From contig CAVYSW010000009.1 in the NCBI GenBank assembly GCA_963771275.1, forward strand, positions 128,001 to 192,000: DNA of 64,000 nt, in the 5' to 3' direction. The stretch's first letter is position 1, and each line of letters opens with the position of its first letter. Below are positions 1 to 13,199 of the stretch, piece after piece. Source of the DNA: an uncultured Gemmatimonadales bacterium. GTDB lineage: Bacteria > Gemmatimonadota > Gemmatimonadetes > Gemmatimonadales > GWC2-71-9. Both the position numbers and the translations under genes were made by a program. The notes beneath the pieces are model-generated. The model saw only the letters and a program-made list of their open reading frames with translations. It was not told the origin of the DNA and made no database searches.

Positions 1-1295
1 TCCCGGGGGTCGGTGGCCTGCCCCGCGACGTAGGTGAAGCTCCGGATCCAGCCCGTGCAGTAGTCCGAGTAGAGGTAACGGCCACGCAGCACGGGCAGCG
101 CCTGGCCGCGGTAGACGTACCCGCCCGTGATCGAGCAGGCGTTGTCCGTGTGGGGATAGTCGATGACGGGGCGAGTGAGGCCCGCCTGCGCGCAGCTCGC
201 CGCGCCGTAGCACGCGGTGCCCTCCATGATGTTCCAGCCGTAGTTGGCTCCACCCGCGCTGCCGGCCGGTTGGACGTCCACTTCCTCGCGCGCCGACTGG
301 CCCACGTCGGCGATGTAGAGGTCGCCCGTCGCCGCGTCGAAGGAGAAGCGCCACGGATTCCGCAGCCCCCACGCCCAGATCTCGCCCCGCACGCCGGTGA
401 CCCCCACGAACGGGTTGTCGGCGGGAATCGCGTACGGGCTGCCGCCGTCCACGTCGATCCGCAGGAGCTTGCCGAGCAGGGTGCCCCGGTTCTGTCCGTT
501 GCCCTGGGGATCGCCGCCCGATCCCCCGTCCCCGAAGCCGATGTAGAGCATACCGTCGGGCCCGAAGGCGACGAGCCCGCCGTTGTGGTTCGCGTAGGGC
601 TGGCCCAGGAAGAGGACCTCGGCAGCCGAGGCCGGATCGGCGACCTCGGGATTGGCGCTCGTGCGGTACCGCACGACGCGCGAGTCGCCATTCGTATCGG
701 TATACGAGACGTAGCAATACCGGTTGGTCTGGTAGTCCGGGTGGAACGCCATGCTGAGCAGGCCCCGCTCGCCGCCCGCGCTCACGAGGCCGGAGACGTC
801 GAGAAAGGGCGTGGCCAGCAGCGTGTCGTTCCGGATCACGCGGATCAGCCCCCCCTGCTCCACCACGAACAGCCTGGTGAGGTCGCCGGGCGGGGTCGTG
901 AGAAACAGCGGCGCGGCAAGCCGGTCGGTGACGAGCGCGAGCCCGGGCACCGCCACGGGCCCCGCGCTCACCGTCACGGCCGCCGAATCCTGCAGCGTGT
1001 CGACGGCGGCCACGACCTGCGTCAGCCCGGCGGCGACACCGCGCACGAGCCCATCCGCCGAGACCGCCGCCACGTCCGTGTCCCGGCTCGTCCACGCCGC
1101 AGCCTGGGCGACCGTATCGCCGGCGCCGGTGGCGAGCAGGGCGGCGAGCCGGGCCGTGTCGCCCACCGCGATCAGCAGGGTGGCGGGGGAAACGACGAGA
1201 GCGGTGTCGACCGACCCGGGCGGGCCCTCCCCATCACCGCAGGCGTGGAGGCCGGCGGCGGCGAGACAGCTCCAGCAGGCGAAGGTTCTCAGCAT
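1..1295 (-). CDS. PQQ-dependent sugar dehydrogenase (glucose/sorbosone dehydrogenase family) lipoprotein, 3' end beyond window edge
   Basis: Manual translation from ATG 1295: MLRTFACWSCLAAAGLHAC (lipobox-like), short Ig-like segment, then GSDH motifs GERGLLSMAFHPDY, QPYANHNGGLVAFGPDGMLYIGFGDGGSGGDP, EIWAWGLRNPWRFSFD. Not in the ORF track because it is truncated. Confidence 0.85.
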   Translation of the reverse strand, partial: MLRTFACWSCLAAAGLHACGDGEGPPGSVDTALVVSPATLLIAVGDTARLAALLATGAGDTVAQAAAWTSRDTDVAAVSADGLVRGVAAGLTQVVAAVDTLQDSAAVTVSAGPVAVPGLALVTDRLAAPLFLTTPPGDLTRLFVVEQGGLIRVIRNDTLLATPFLDVSGLVSAGGERGLLSMAFHPDYQTNRYCYVSYTDTNGDSRVVRYRTSANPEVADPASAAEVLFLGQPYANHNGGLVAFGPDGMLYIGFGDGGSGGDPQGNGQNRGTLLGKLLRIDVDGGSPYAIPADNPFVGVTGVRGEIWAWGLRNPWRFSFDAATGDLYIADVGQSAREEVDVQPAGSAGGANYGWNIMEGTACYGAASCAQAGLTRPVIDYPHTDNACSITGGYVYRGQALPVLRGRYLYSDYCTGWIRSFTYVAGQATDPR

Positions 1296-1339
1296 CAGCG
1301 CAAGATAGCCCGGACCGGTCCATGGCGCCCCGGTCTCGC

Positions 1340-1348
1340 TGCTATAAT
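1340..1348 (+). promoter_or_regulatory. Extended -10 promoter (TGcTATAAT), probably leaderless
   Basis: TG-c-TATAAT lies 5 nt before the GTG start at 1354; no SD sequence. Confidence 0.5.
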
Positions 1349-1353
1349 CCGGC

Positions 1354-2595
1354 GTGCGCAAGTCGCTCCTCGCCCTGCTGGTGCCCGAAGGGCTGATCGT
1401 GCTGGCGGCCGCGGCGCTGCTCCGCTGGGACGCGACGCTCGCCCCGATCGCTCCGTTTCTCCCCGCCTACCCGTGGGTCGCCCTCGCCGCCGCGGCCCTC
1501 CTGGCCGTGCGGTTCGGCCGGAGCGGCGTGGTGTTCGGTCTGGCCGCCCTGGCGCTCGCCGAGCGCGCCGTGGCGTTGAGCGGCGCCGCGCCGGCGGTGC
1601 TGCGCGCCACGGGCCTGCTGCTCCCGCTCAACCTCGCCGCGTTCGGGGCGCTGCCCCAGCGCGGGCTGCTGAGCGCCTCCGGGGCGCGCCGCGCCCTCGC
1701 GCTGCTCAGCCAGGTGGCCCTCGTGCTGGTCCTGGCCCGCCCGGACCAGCGTGACGCGGCGGCTCTGCTGGACGCGCGGTTGCTGCCCGGCTGGCTCGGC
1801 GGGGGAGCGCCGGTGGGCGATCTCGCGCTCGTGGCATTCGCCGCCGCGGCGATCCTGTTCGTCGTGCTGATCGTGCGCCATCCCGGCCCGCAGCCCCGCG
1901 GGTTCCTCTGGGCGCTCGTGGCGGGCGTGCTGGCGCTTTCCGCCGGATCCGGCGCCGTCGTGGCCGGCCTGACGGCGGCGACCTTCCTGTTCGGCACCGC
2001 CGCGCTGGTACTGCTCGTGGCCGTGGTCGAGGGATCGCACGCGCTCGCCTTTCGCGACGCGCTGACCGGCCTGCCCAGTCGCCGCGCGTTCGACGACGCC
2101 CTGCGGCGGCTCGCTGGACCCTGCGCGATCGCCATGGTGGACGTGGACCACTTCAAGGCGGTCAACGACCGGCACGGGCACGACGTCGGCGATCAGGTGC
2201 TGCGCATGGTGGCGCGCGTGCTGGAGGACGTGGGACACGGCGGCCGCGCGTTCCGCTACGGCGGTGAGGAATTCGCGCTGGTATTCCCGGCCGCGAACGC
2301 CGCGGATTATACCAGGGCGCTCGAGGAGCGGCGCGCCGCCGTGGAGGCGTCGGCATTCACGCTGCGCTCGCCGGATCGCCCGCGGAGGAAGCCGAAGCGG
2401 CCGGCGCGACGCGCGGCGCAGAGCCGGCTGGGTGTGACGATCAGCATCGGCGTGGCCGAGCGCGCCGGGGCCGACGTCCCGCCAGACGCCGTGGTGCTGG
2501 CCGCGGATGAAGCGCTGTATCGCGCCAAGGACGCCGGCCGCAACCGGGTGATCGTGGCGGGCGGCCGTGGCGGACGGCCCGCGCGCGCGCCCTGA
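1354..2595 (+). CDS. Membrane-anchored diguanylate cyclase (GGDEF)
   Basis: Multiple hydrophobic helices, then DALTGLPSRR, DVDHFKAVNDRHGHDVGDQVL, RYGGEEF, ADEALYRAKDAGRNR. Confidence 0.92.
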   Translation: MRKSLLALLVPEGLIVLAAAALLRWDATLAPIAPFLPAYPWVALAAAALLAVRFGRSGVVFGLAALALAERAVALSGAAPAVLRATGLLLPLNLAAFGALPQRGLLSASGARRALALLSQVALVLVLARPDQRDAAALLDARLLPGWLGGGAPVGDLALVAFAAAAILFVVLIVRHPGPQPRGFLWALVAGVLALSAGSGAVVAGLTAATFLFGTAALVLLVAVVEGSHALAFRDALTGLPSRRAFDDALRRLAGPCAIAMVDVDHFKAVNDRHGHDVGDQVLRMVARVLEDVGHGGRAFRYGGEEFALVFPAANAADYTRALEERRAAVEASAFTLRSPDRPRRKPKRPARRAAQSRLGVTISIGVAERAGADVPPDAVVLAADEALYRAKDAGRNRVIVAGGRGGRPARAP

Positions 2596-2685
2596 GCGTG
2601 ACCCGGCGCCTGGCCTACCAGGGCGCTGGTTTCGTTCCCCATCCCGTGTTAGCCTTAGGCCTGCTCATCACCCAGAGGACATGCC

Positions 2686-2931
2686 ATGACGCCGGTCTCG
2701 GTCGCGCGGTTCGCGCAGGAGCTCGAGCACCTCAAGAAGCAGATGGACGTGGGCGCCCTGAAGCACGGCGAGTATGACCAGCGCCTGGCCCGCATGATCG
2801 GCGAGCTGCGCGAGCGCAAGGTCGAGGGCGGGCGGGACGACCTGACCAGGACGCTCGACGATCTGCTGAAGCGCGGCGTCATCACCCCCTCGGTACAGAG
2901 CCACATCACCAAGCGGCTCGGCCTGGAGTGA
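2686..2931 (+). CDS. Hypothetical small helical protein
   Basis: 81 aa with GC3-rich codon usage and an upstream GAGGA SD. Confidence 0.7.
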   Translation: MTPVSVARFAQELEHLKKQMDVGALKHGEYDQRLARMIGELRERKVEGGRDDLTRTLDDLLKRGVITPSVQSHITKRLGLE

Positions 2932-2940
2932 CGCATGGAC

Positions 2941-3059
2941 GTCTAGCGTGTAGCGTCTAGCGTATAGCGTATCCCTCTCACGCTGCCCGCTGCACGCGAG
3001 ACGCTACACGCTACACGCTGCACGCTGCACGCTGCCCGCTGCACGCCGCACCCTGCACG
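2941..3059. repeat. Heptamer tandem repeats TAGCGTN followed by inverted ACGCTRC units
   Basis: Seen directly between convergent genes; the arms are mutually complementary. Confidence 0.8.
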
Positions 3060-3060
3060 A

Positions 3061-4581
3061 CTACGTCCGCTTCAGCTCCACGCCCTCCCATTCCAGTCCT
3101 TCCACCGTTCCATCCGCGGCGAGCCGGAACGTCACCAGCGTCCGGCCGAGCCACGCGTTGCGCCAGCTGAGGGCGAACGTGTCGAAATGCCAGTGCGCGA
3201 GGTCCGCCGTGAGAAACGGCGAGCGGGCGAACACGAGGTGGTCGCCGGCCAGCGTGATCGTGACGGTGCCGCGCGTGCTGTCGGCGTACGTGCCCGCGTA
3301 GCGCTCCAGGGCGAGGGACGGATGCGTACCGGGCACGCGCCCGGCCTCGAGCGCCGCGCGGCGCGCCAGCGCCTGCGCGTCCAGGCTGTCGTACATCGCC
3401 TTGAGCTCCGCACTCCAGTCGCGCCGCGGCCCGCCCAGGTAGAGATCGAACACCCGGAGCATGAGCGCGTGCCGCAGCTCCGCGTGCTCGCGGTTGGCGA
3501 ACACCACGACACCGAGCGTGCGCTCGGGCAGCAATCCCACGATGGCCACGGTCCCGTCGATGCTCCCGGTGTGGAACGCCACGAATTCCCCGCGATAGTC
3601 CTGCAGGAACCACCCCATGCCGTAGGCGGTGAAGTGCGGCAGAGTGCGCCGCGCCGTCGGGTAGAACGAGGCCGTCGGGATGATCGTCTGCGGCCGGAAC
3701 AGCTCGGCGAGCGTCTCCCGCTTCACGAGGGCGCTGTCGCCCACCCGCCCGTCGTTCAGCAGGAACCGGATCCACCGCGCCATGTCGAGCACGCTCGAGT
3801 ACATCGCGCCGGCCGGCGCGATCGGGTCCACCAGCCGGCCGACGTCGGGGATCGCGCGCAGCGTGTCGTGCACCAGATCGTGCGGGCTCGCGACATCGGC
3901 GCCGGCGCCCAGGTCGTGGCCTTCGGTCACCGTCTCGCGCATGCCGAGGGGCTCGAGGATCCGCTCGCGGACCAGCGCGTCCCAGCCGCGCCCGTACGCC
4001 GTGCCGGCGATCACGCCGGCCGTGGCATACGTCACGTTGTTGTAGGCGTAGCGCGAGCGGAAGCTCGACTCGGGATCCACGAACCGCAGCCGGTGCAGGA
4101 TCGTCGCGTAGTCGTCATCCACGCCGTACCACAGGTAGTCGGGATCGCCGAACCCGACCTTGTGGCTCAGCAGGTCCCGCAGCGTGATCTCGCGGGTGAC
4201 GAACGGATCGCGCAGGGTGAACGCCGGCAGATGCCGCGTCACGGGGTCGTCCCACGCGAGCTTCCCCGCGTCCACCATCAGCGCCACGCCGACGGCCGTG
4301 AACGCCTTGGTCGTCGAGGCGTTGGCGAACAGCGTGTGGGCCGTGACCGAGTCCGTCGTGCCGAGGGTGCGCACCCCATAGCCGCGGGCGAAGACGACCG
4401 AGTCGCCGTGCACCACCGCGATCGCGAGCCCGGGCACCTGCCAGTCGCGCACGGCGCGCGCGACGTAGCTGTCGAGCGCCCGCAGGTCGGAGGCGCGGGG
4501 CGCCTGGGCGGCGAGCGGCGTGGCGCCGGCGGTGCCGGCGGCCGCGCTCGCGGTGAGCAGGACGATCGGATACAGCCGCAT
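3061..4581 (-). CDS. Serine hydrolase, beta-lactamase/PBP family with C-terminal DUF3471-like domain
   Basis: Signal peptide (MRLYPIVLL...), SxxK (ASTTK), YNN and HTG motifs. Confidence 0.9.
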   Translation of the reverse strand: MRLYPIVLLTASAAAGTAGATPLAAQAPRASDLRALDSYVARAVRDWQVPGLAIAVVHGDSVVFARGYGVRTLGTTDSVTAHTLFANASTTKAFTAVGVALMVDAGKLAWDDPVTRHLPAFTLRDPFVTREITLRDLLSHKVGFGDPDYLWYGVDDDYATILHRLRFVDPESSFRSRYAYNNVTYATAGVIAGTAYGRGWDALVRERILEPLGMRETVTEGHDLGAGADVASPHDLVHDTLRAIPDVGRLVDPIAPAGAMYSSVLDMARWIRFLLNDGRVGDSALVKRETLAELFRPQTIIPTASFYPTARRTLPHFTAYGMGWFLQDYRGEFVAFHTGSIDGTVAIVGLLPERTLGVVVFANREHAELRHALMLRVFDLYLGGPRRDWSAELKAMYDSLDAQALARRAALEAGRVPGTHPSLALERYAGTYADSTRGTVTITLAGDHLVFARSPFLTADLAHWHFDTFALSWRNAWLGRTLVTFRLAADGTVEGLEWEGVELKRT

Positions 4582-4647
4582 GCGCGAGAGCTCCGGTGAG
4601 GGCGCGCCGGAACATCCGGGCCGCGCCATGCCCCGTCAAGCCGGTGA

Positions 4648-7899
<3,252 letters not shown>

Positions 7900-7901
7900 G
7901 C

Positions 7902-9149
7902 ATGCCGAGCCCCACGTCTCCGCCCGACGCGACCGATCTCGATCGGCTGCGCGCGGCATTCCGCACGCATTTCGGCGCCCCGGACGCGACCGCGCTGGTA
8001 CGCGCGCCCGGCCGCGTCAACCTGATCGGCGAGCACATCGACTACACCGGTCTCTCGGTGCTGCCGATGGCGCTGCAACGGCATGTCGCGCTGCTGCTCC
8101 GCCCGCGCGCCGACGCGACCGTGCGGATCGTGAGTCTCGAGTCCTCGTTCGAGCCACGCGAGTTCGCGATCGCGCACACGATCCCGCACTACCCGCTTGG
8201 CGACTGGGGCAACTATGTGAAGGCGCCTGCCCAGGCGCTGGCGCAGGAGTACGGCGCCCTCGTCGGGTTCGACGCGGTGCTCGGCTCCTCGGTGCCGGTG
8301 GCGGGCGGGCTCAGCTCGTCGTCGGCGCTGGTGATCGCGGTGGCCCTGGCGCTGCTCCGGGCGAACGACCTGTCGGAACCGCCGATCCCGCTCGCCGAGC
8401 GCATGGCGATCGCGGAGCGCTACGTCGGGCTCCAGGGCGGCGGGATGGATCAGGCCATCTGTCTGGGCGCCGAAGCGGGCACGGCGAGCCGCGTGGACTT
8501 CCACCCGCTCCGCATCACGCCCCGTCCCGTGCCGCCCGACTGGCGCATCATCGTCGCCTCGTCACTCACGCGCGCCGAGAAGTCGAGCGGCGCCAAGGAG
8601 CGCTACAACCGGCGCACCCAGGAGTGCCGCGCGGCGCTGGAGCGCGTGCGCGCCCACCTCGGCTACGAGGCGGAGGGGCCGGCCGCACCGGGCTATCGCG
8701 AGCTGCTGGCGGCGCATCAACCGGCGGAGCTCATCGAGGCGGGGACGGCCGTGCTGACGGATCCCGTCATGCAGCGCTACCGCCACGTCGTGACCGAGGC
8801 GGACCGCGTGGCGCGGTGCGAGGCGGCGCTCCTGGCCGGGGATCTCACCACGTTCGGGCGGCTGCTCACGGCCGGCCACGCGAGCCTGCGCGACGACTAT
8901 GAGGTCAGCTCAAAGGAACTCGATCAGCTCACGCGGATTGCCGAGGCGGCCGGCGCCGCGGGCGCGCGGCTCACGGGCGCCGGGATGGGGGGCTGCATTC
9001 TCGCGGCCGCCGACGAGGACTCGGTGACGGAGGTGCTGGCGGCGCTGACGCACGAATTCTACGACGGCCGGACGTACGCGGGGCCACTGGACCAGCACCT
9101 GTTCGTGGCCGAGCCGGCGGGAGGGGCGGGCGTGGAGGATCTGCGGTAG
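7902..9149 (+). CDS. galK: Galactokinase
   Basis: APGRVNLIGEHIDY, GGLSSSSA, GGMDQ, GARLTGAGMGG (GHMP kinase motifs); directly follows the GH2 gene. Confidence 0.9.
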   Translation: MPSPTSPPDATDLDRLRAAFRTHFGAPDATALVRAPGRVNLIGEHIDYTGLSVLPMALQRHVALLLRPRADATVRIVSLESSFEPREFAIAHTIPHYPLGDWGNYVKAPAQALAQEYGALVGFDAVLGSSVPVAGGLSSSSALVIAVALALLRANDLSEPPIPLAERMAIAERYVGLQGGGMDQAICLGAEAGTASRVDFHPLRITPRPVPPDWRIIVASSLTRAEKSSGAKERYNRRTQECRAALERVRAHLGYEAEGPAAPGYRELLAAHQPAELIEAGTAVLTDPVMQRYRHVVTEADRVARCEAALLAGDLTTFGRLLTAGHASLRDDYEVSSKELDQLTRIAEAAGAAGARLTGAGMGGCILAAADEDSVTEVLAALTHEFYDGRTYAGPLDQHLFVAEPAGGAGVEDLR

Positions 9150-9233
9150 GGGTAGCGGACCGGCTCGCGCGTGGAGGACCGCCCTGGAGAGGCAGATGAC
9201 GGGTCACCTTTTCCTTGTTCACGCTTCACCGTT

Positions 9234-10127
9234 TCACTCGAGCCTGCCCACCAATCGACCGACGTTCGCGGTCGCGACCTTCTCCCGAGTACTGTCTGAC
9301 AGCTGGCTCAGGAAAAGCCGGATGCGATCGATCTTCCGCCGCTCGTTTTCCATGGAGCGGTAGCTGGCATCGGTTCCAACGATGAAGCGTGTCGCATGGC
9401 TTTCAATCAGCGCAAGCCATTCGGGCCAGACCAGCGAGTCGTTGCGAAAGATCGTGTAGTCGGGTGACCGCGGGTGGCGACTCCAGGTGCGCGCACTCAG
9501 GTCGTAGACGAGGTTGGGATGAGCGTCCAGCATCCGTGACGCCAGCACCAGCTGCGTGTAGCCGCCGTGGGCCCACATCACCGGCACGCGCGGGAACGAA
9601 TCGAGCAGCGCCGAGAATTCCCGGAGGCGCGTCACTTCGCAATGAACGAGGACCGGCACCTGGCGGCGGTCCGCCACCCGCATGATGCCGCGCATGATCG
9701 GCCCGGTGGGATCGAAATCCGACTCCGGGAACTCGTCACCGCCAAAATGCACGACACTGATTTCGCCGACGCCACGAAACTGGCCCGCCTCGAGCATCCG
9801 ATCCAACTCGGTGACCAGCGTCGTATCCTGGCTGATCCACCGCTGGCGATACTCCCGCCGCTCGGGGGATACGGACGCGAATGGGATGAGACGGCCGCCG
9901 GACCGGCGGGCCGCCTGCAGGATGCCGTCATTCGTCCCGCGGGCGCCGATGAAGGCGATGGCACTGACGATGCCCGCTCGCTTCATTAGCGCCAGCGCGC
10001 TGTCGGGTTCATTCAAGTGAACGTGGGCGTCGACGAACGGAATGCGTGGCTCTTGTGGTGACGGGCCGCTCGAGCCCATCGCGCCAGCCATCAGGACCGT
10101 GCAACCGAGAGCAAGGAGGACGCGCAT
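9234..10127 (-). CDS. Amidohydrolase family (TIM-barrel metallohydrolase), exported
   Basis: DAHVH, GEI, VHCE, AHGG, GTD motifs; signal-like N-terminus. Confidence 0.8.
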   Translation of the reverse strand: MRVLLALGCTVLMAGAMGSSGPSPQEPRIPFVDAHVHLNEPDSALALMKRAGIVSAIAFIGARGTNDGILQAARRSGGRLIPFASVSPERREYRQRWISQDTTLVTELDRMLEAGQFRGVGEISVVHFGGDEFPESDFDPTGPIMRGIMRVADRRQVPVLVHCEVTRLREFSALLDSFPRVPVMWAHGGYTQLVLASRMLDAHPNLVYDLSARTWSRHPRSPDYTIFRNDSLVWPEWLALIESHATRFIVGTDASYRSMENERRKIDRIRLFLSQLSDSTREKVATANVGRLVGRLE

Positions 10128-10235
10128 GGTGCCTGGTTGGTTGTTGGTTGGCAGTTCCCCGTTCGACACCGTAACCACGGGCATAGCGGGCCGGACAGCC
10201 TCGAGCGCCGGTGAGGCGGCTCGCGCGGCTCGGCG

Positions 10236-10685
10236 CTACTGGGATCGAACCCGATCCAGAACGAATCGGATTACGGCGATCACCAACTGCGGCTCGTCAC
10301 TCTGAATATCGTGACCGCTGCGCGCCGAATCGATGTGAATGCCGTTGCTCGAGCGCCGAAACCACTCATCGTGCAACGCCCGCCAGACGTCGTGGCCACG
10401 GATCGTCGCATTGACGTACGGCGACGCCGAGTCTGCCTTCCTGCTCGTCAGCACGGCGATCGGGAGGTCGGGCAGCGGGGCCATGCCCTCCACGGCTCGA
10501 GCTGAATGGTCCGACGAGCCCGGATCGGATCGACCCAAGCCGGCGCGCGAGTACGCGATCGCCGTGGTGTATTCGCCGATGGCAGGCACGAGCGGAGCCC
10601 TCGTATCCAGCGAATCCGCCAGACCGGTTTCAAAGATGACGGCTGGGCTTCCCCTCCCGACACGAACTACATCAAGGAACGCGTG
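10236..10685 (-). pseudogene. Alpha/beta hydrolase remnant with internal deletion
   Basis: N-part (GSPAVIFETGLAD...AYSRAGLGRSD) joins directly to C-part (PDLPIAVLTS...SGHDIQSDEP); no GxSxG region and no start codon. Confidence 0.65.
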
Positions 10686-11271
10686 TCAATGAACGTACCA
10701 GGGAATTCACCACGCGGTCAAAGAGCCCTTCCTCCGCGAACGTACCGGGTCCGACAGCTTGAGCGCCGGTTGTTTCGCGGCCTGCGTCAAGCCGTGCCTG
10801 ATCGACGACCTCCAAGTCCCGCTCCCACCGCCACACGGGTCCATCGACAGGGTCGACGACCGTGCCGGCGTGGTGGAACCCGCACTTGAGCAGGACACGC
10901 GTCGAGGGGTTCGTGGTGGGCAACGTGTGGGCGCGCACCAGCCGGACCTGGCCGCTCCTGACCGCGAACTGGACGAGGGCCGCTGCGGCCTCAGTGGCAT
11001 AGCCATGACCCTCGAAGCTCGGCACGATGCCGTAGGCGATCTCGACGGTGCCGGTGGAGTCGGGCGGGCCAGTGAATCCGGCACTGCCAATGACCACCCC
11101 GCGTTCACGGTAGAGCACGAAGAAGCCGTGGCGCCAGGGATCTGGGCCCACGGAGGTGCGAAGCGTGGCGAGCCACGTGGGGGAGACCTGATCTGACACG
11201 AAGAACGCTCGGAGGCCGTCGGCGGGGCGGAGGCCAGCCACCTGCTCAAAGCGCAGCGGATCGTCGATCAA
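10672..11271 (-). CDS. GNAT acetyltransferase, RimJ/RimL-like (start uncertain)
   Basis: IGSAGFTGPPD, VEIAYGIVPSFEGHGYATEA, NPSTRVLLKCGF; homology appears to extend upstream to about 11340 without a clear start. Confidence 0.75.
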   Translation of the reverse strand: MIDDPLRFEQVAGLRPADGLRAFFVSDQVSPTWLATLRTSVGPDPWRHGFFVLYRERGVVIGSAGFTGPPDSTGTVEIAYGIVPSFEGHGYATEAAAALVQFAVRSGQVRLVRAHTLPTTNPSTRVLLKCGFHHAGTVVDPVDGPVWRWERDLEVVDQARLDAGRETTGAQAVGPGTFAEEGLFDRVVNSLVRSLTRVP

Positions 11272-11368
11272 CGCGACGACGTGCTCGGGTGAGCACGGAA
11301 CGAGGGTGAGGCGGAGGGTAGTGATTGCGACGATACGCGGACGATCGTTTTGGCAGGTGCACGTCCGG

Positions 11369-11710
11369 TCAGTCGACCGTTATTACGACTTTTCCTCGAG
11401 CATGCCCTGCTTCCAGGTACCGGATCGCCGCCTGAACCTCGCTCAACCGGTAACGCCGGTCAATGACCGGTGTCAGCGTTCCGGCCTGCATGAGATCGAC
11501 GCTCCGTTAATCAAGACCTTCTGCCCCGCCGCGATCTTCCCCTGGTCACGAAGACCCTGTAATGCCGTGATGGCCGCCACGGGTACGGCGGCGGCCTGCT
11601 CGAACGTCACGTTACCGGGTTTCAGCACCACCGATCGATCCTCGCGAACCGACACATATTCCGCCAGCGCGCCGGTTCTCCCGCCGAACACCTCGTCGCC
11701 CGGCCAGAAC
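11369..11710 (-). pseudogene. Zn-type NAD(P)-dependent alcohol dehydrogenase/quinone reductase remnant
   Basis: PGDEVFG...ALAEYV...FEQAAAVPVAAITALQGL...KVLINGAS fused out of frame to the C-terminus DLMQAGTLTPVIDRRYRLSEVQAAIRYLEAGHARGKVVITVD*. Confidence 0.8.
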
Positions 11711-11841
11711 CAGGGAAATCGCGCCCGCACTCCACTTCGCCGCCCACGCAAACGTCTGGGCTTTCGCACCCCGGAGGAATGCTAGGTCCCCTAACCCTCA
11801 CTGTTGCACTTCGAAGTTGACTCTGAGCCTCTTGCGTGAGG

Positions 11842-12183
11842 CTAGAGATCGAGCACAAGCCGGAGGCCGGTGTCCACCCGCCGCAGGGTGGCCGCATCCA
11901 ACCTCCCCGACAATTCCTGAAGGGCGCTGCGATCGAGCGTGATCACCTGCGAGACGTTGGCGACCGAGTCGCGCGGCAGGCCGGAGACCTGTGCGGGCAC
12001 CAGGACGTTTCCTGGAGCATCCAACAACCGGACATTGGAGGTCAGGACAACGGCGATGACGGTCTGGATGCGACTGCGGTTAAACGCATCTGCCTGCACA
12101 ATGAGAACAGGACGGCGAAAGCCGGGCTCCGATCCACTGGGCTCGCCGAGGCCGGCCCACCAAATCGTGCCCCGCGCGATCAC
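11842..12183 (-). CDS. mazF: Type II TA toxin, PemK/MazF family endoribonuclease
   Basis: RGTIWWAGLGEPSGSEPGFRRPVLIVQADAFN...DSVANVSQVITLDR. Confidence 0.92.
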   Translation of the reverse strand: MIARGTIWWAGLGEPSGSEPGFRRPVLIVQADAFNRSRIQTVIAVVLTSNVRLLDAPGNVLVPAQVSGLPRDSVANVSQVITLDRSALQELSGRLDAATLRRVDTGLRLVLDL

Positions 12184-12416
12184 CAGGCATCCGTGGCGAG
12201 CGCCCGAACCTGGGCGTGGCGCACGGCGGGGTCGAGGGCGCTGGACTCGGCCGAATAGACGGCATCCAGCCGCGCCGTGACCTTGCGGCCTTGGTGCTTG
12301 GCCAGAAACTCGGCGAGGGCGGTCGCGAACAAATGACTGCGGGAAACCCCAAGGCGCTCCGCAAGGGCTTCGGCGGACGCGAAGAGGTCATCGGGAAGGG
12401 AGATGGCGGTTTTCAT
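12180..12416 (-). CDS. Type II TA antitoxin, ribbon-helix-helix (ChpI/CopG-like)
   Basis: MKTAISLPDDLF...GVSRSHLF; 4-nt overlap with the toxin. Confidence 0.88.
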   Translation of the reverse strand: MKTAISLPDDLFASAEALAERLGVSRSHLFATALAEFLAKHQGRKVTARLDAVYSAESSALDPAVRHAQVRALATDAW

Positions 12417-12421
12417 ACTCT

Positions 12422-12450
12422 AGTATAACACAGGTATAACAATAACGCAA
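12422..12450 (-). promoter_or_regulatory. Sigma70 promoter with operator repeats for the mazEF-like pair
   Basis: TTGCGT-N17-TATACT, 5 nt before ATG; direct repeat GTATAACA at 12423-12430 and 12434-12441. Confidence 0.75.
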
Positions 12451-12478
12451 GAGGCCTTAGGCGGCTCCTCTCCTGAAG

Positions 12479-13066
12479 TCATTTCAGGCTCTGGCAGACG
12501 GAGGTGCGATACAGCGCTCGGAGACTGCGGCGCGCTCCATCATCAAGCTGTCGTACCCGATCGTCGACCACGATGGCGATCCGTCGCGCCTGAACTGTGC
12601 GCAAGAAGTCACCGTGTGCAAGATGGATGGAGAGCGGCAACACGACATGATCGCGGGGCCCTACGTAGCTGCCGATCGTGACAGGATAGGGACCGAGGGT
12701 GATGGAGTCGTCGAGGCGCACGTGCGCGGGTGAGGCGCGAGCCCCGTCAAGATAGGGGAACGCCTCGGGCGCGCGCAGGAAGATCGTAACCGTGGGATCC
12801 GGTGAGGGGTACGGACCGCGGCCAAAGAATGTGACGTCAGCTTGAAGGCCGCTTCTGGACAGGGGACTAAAGGGACCGCCGGCGACGAGCCTACCGACAT
12901 CTTCGGTCTCGCTGTAGAACCCACGGAGGTCACCGCGCCCGTCACCTCCCTTGGGACCGAGCAGACTGTCCGCCAGGGGGCACGACGGAATCCGCACCGG
13001 CCGGTAAGGGCTCTGAGCGCAAACAGCGCCGGGGAACATGAAGGCCGTGGTCCAAAGCGCGAGCAA
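12479..13066 (-). CDS. Hypothetical exported protein
   Basis: Signal-like N-terminus ending AVCAQ; no recognised motif; start uncertain. Confidence 0.5.
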   Translation of the reverse strand: MLALWTTAFMFPGAVCAQSPYRPVRIPSCPLADSLLGPKGGDGRGDLRGFYSETEDVGRLVAGGPFSPLSRSGLQADVTFFGRGPYPSPDPTVTIFLRAPEAFPYLDGARASPAHVRLDDSITLGPYPVTIGSYVGPRDHVVLPLSIHLAHGDFLRTVQARRIAIVVDDRVRQLDDGARRSLRALYRTSVCQSLK

Positions 13067-13199
13067 TCCGTCGCACCAGGATTCGGCGGACCACGCCGCT
13101 TCTTGCCTCGGGCTCCAAACTGCCCGCGCTCACCTCAGCCGCGCGCTCCTGCTGCTCACGCACGCGCTCACTCGTCGCACCCTGCAGTTTCGATCGCTA

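Noticed and set aside
150..1754. Long ORFs overlapping real genes (e.g. 150-1754, 4596-7730, 4918-7959, 19978-22827, 23800-25890, 25599-27410, 39510-41828, 59862-62342)
   Set aside because: Arg/Ala/Pro/Gly-rich shadow frames expected in high-GC DNA; a motif-bearing gene occupies another frame in each case
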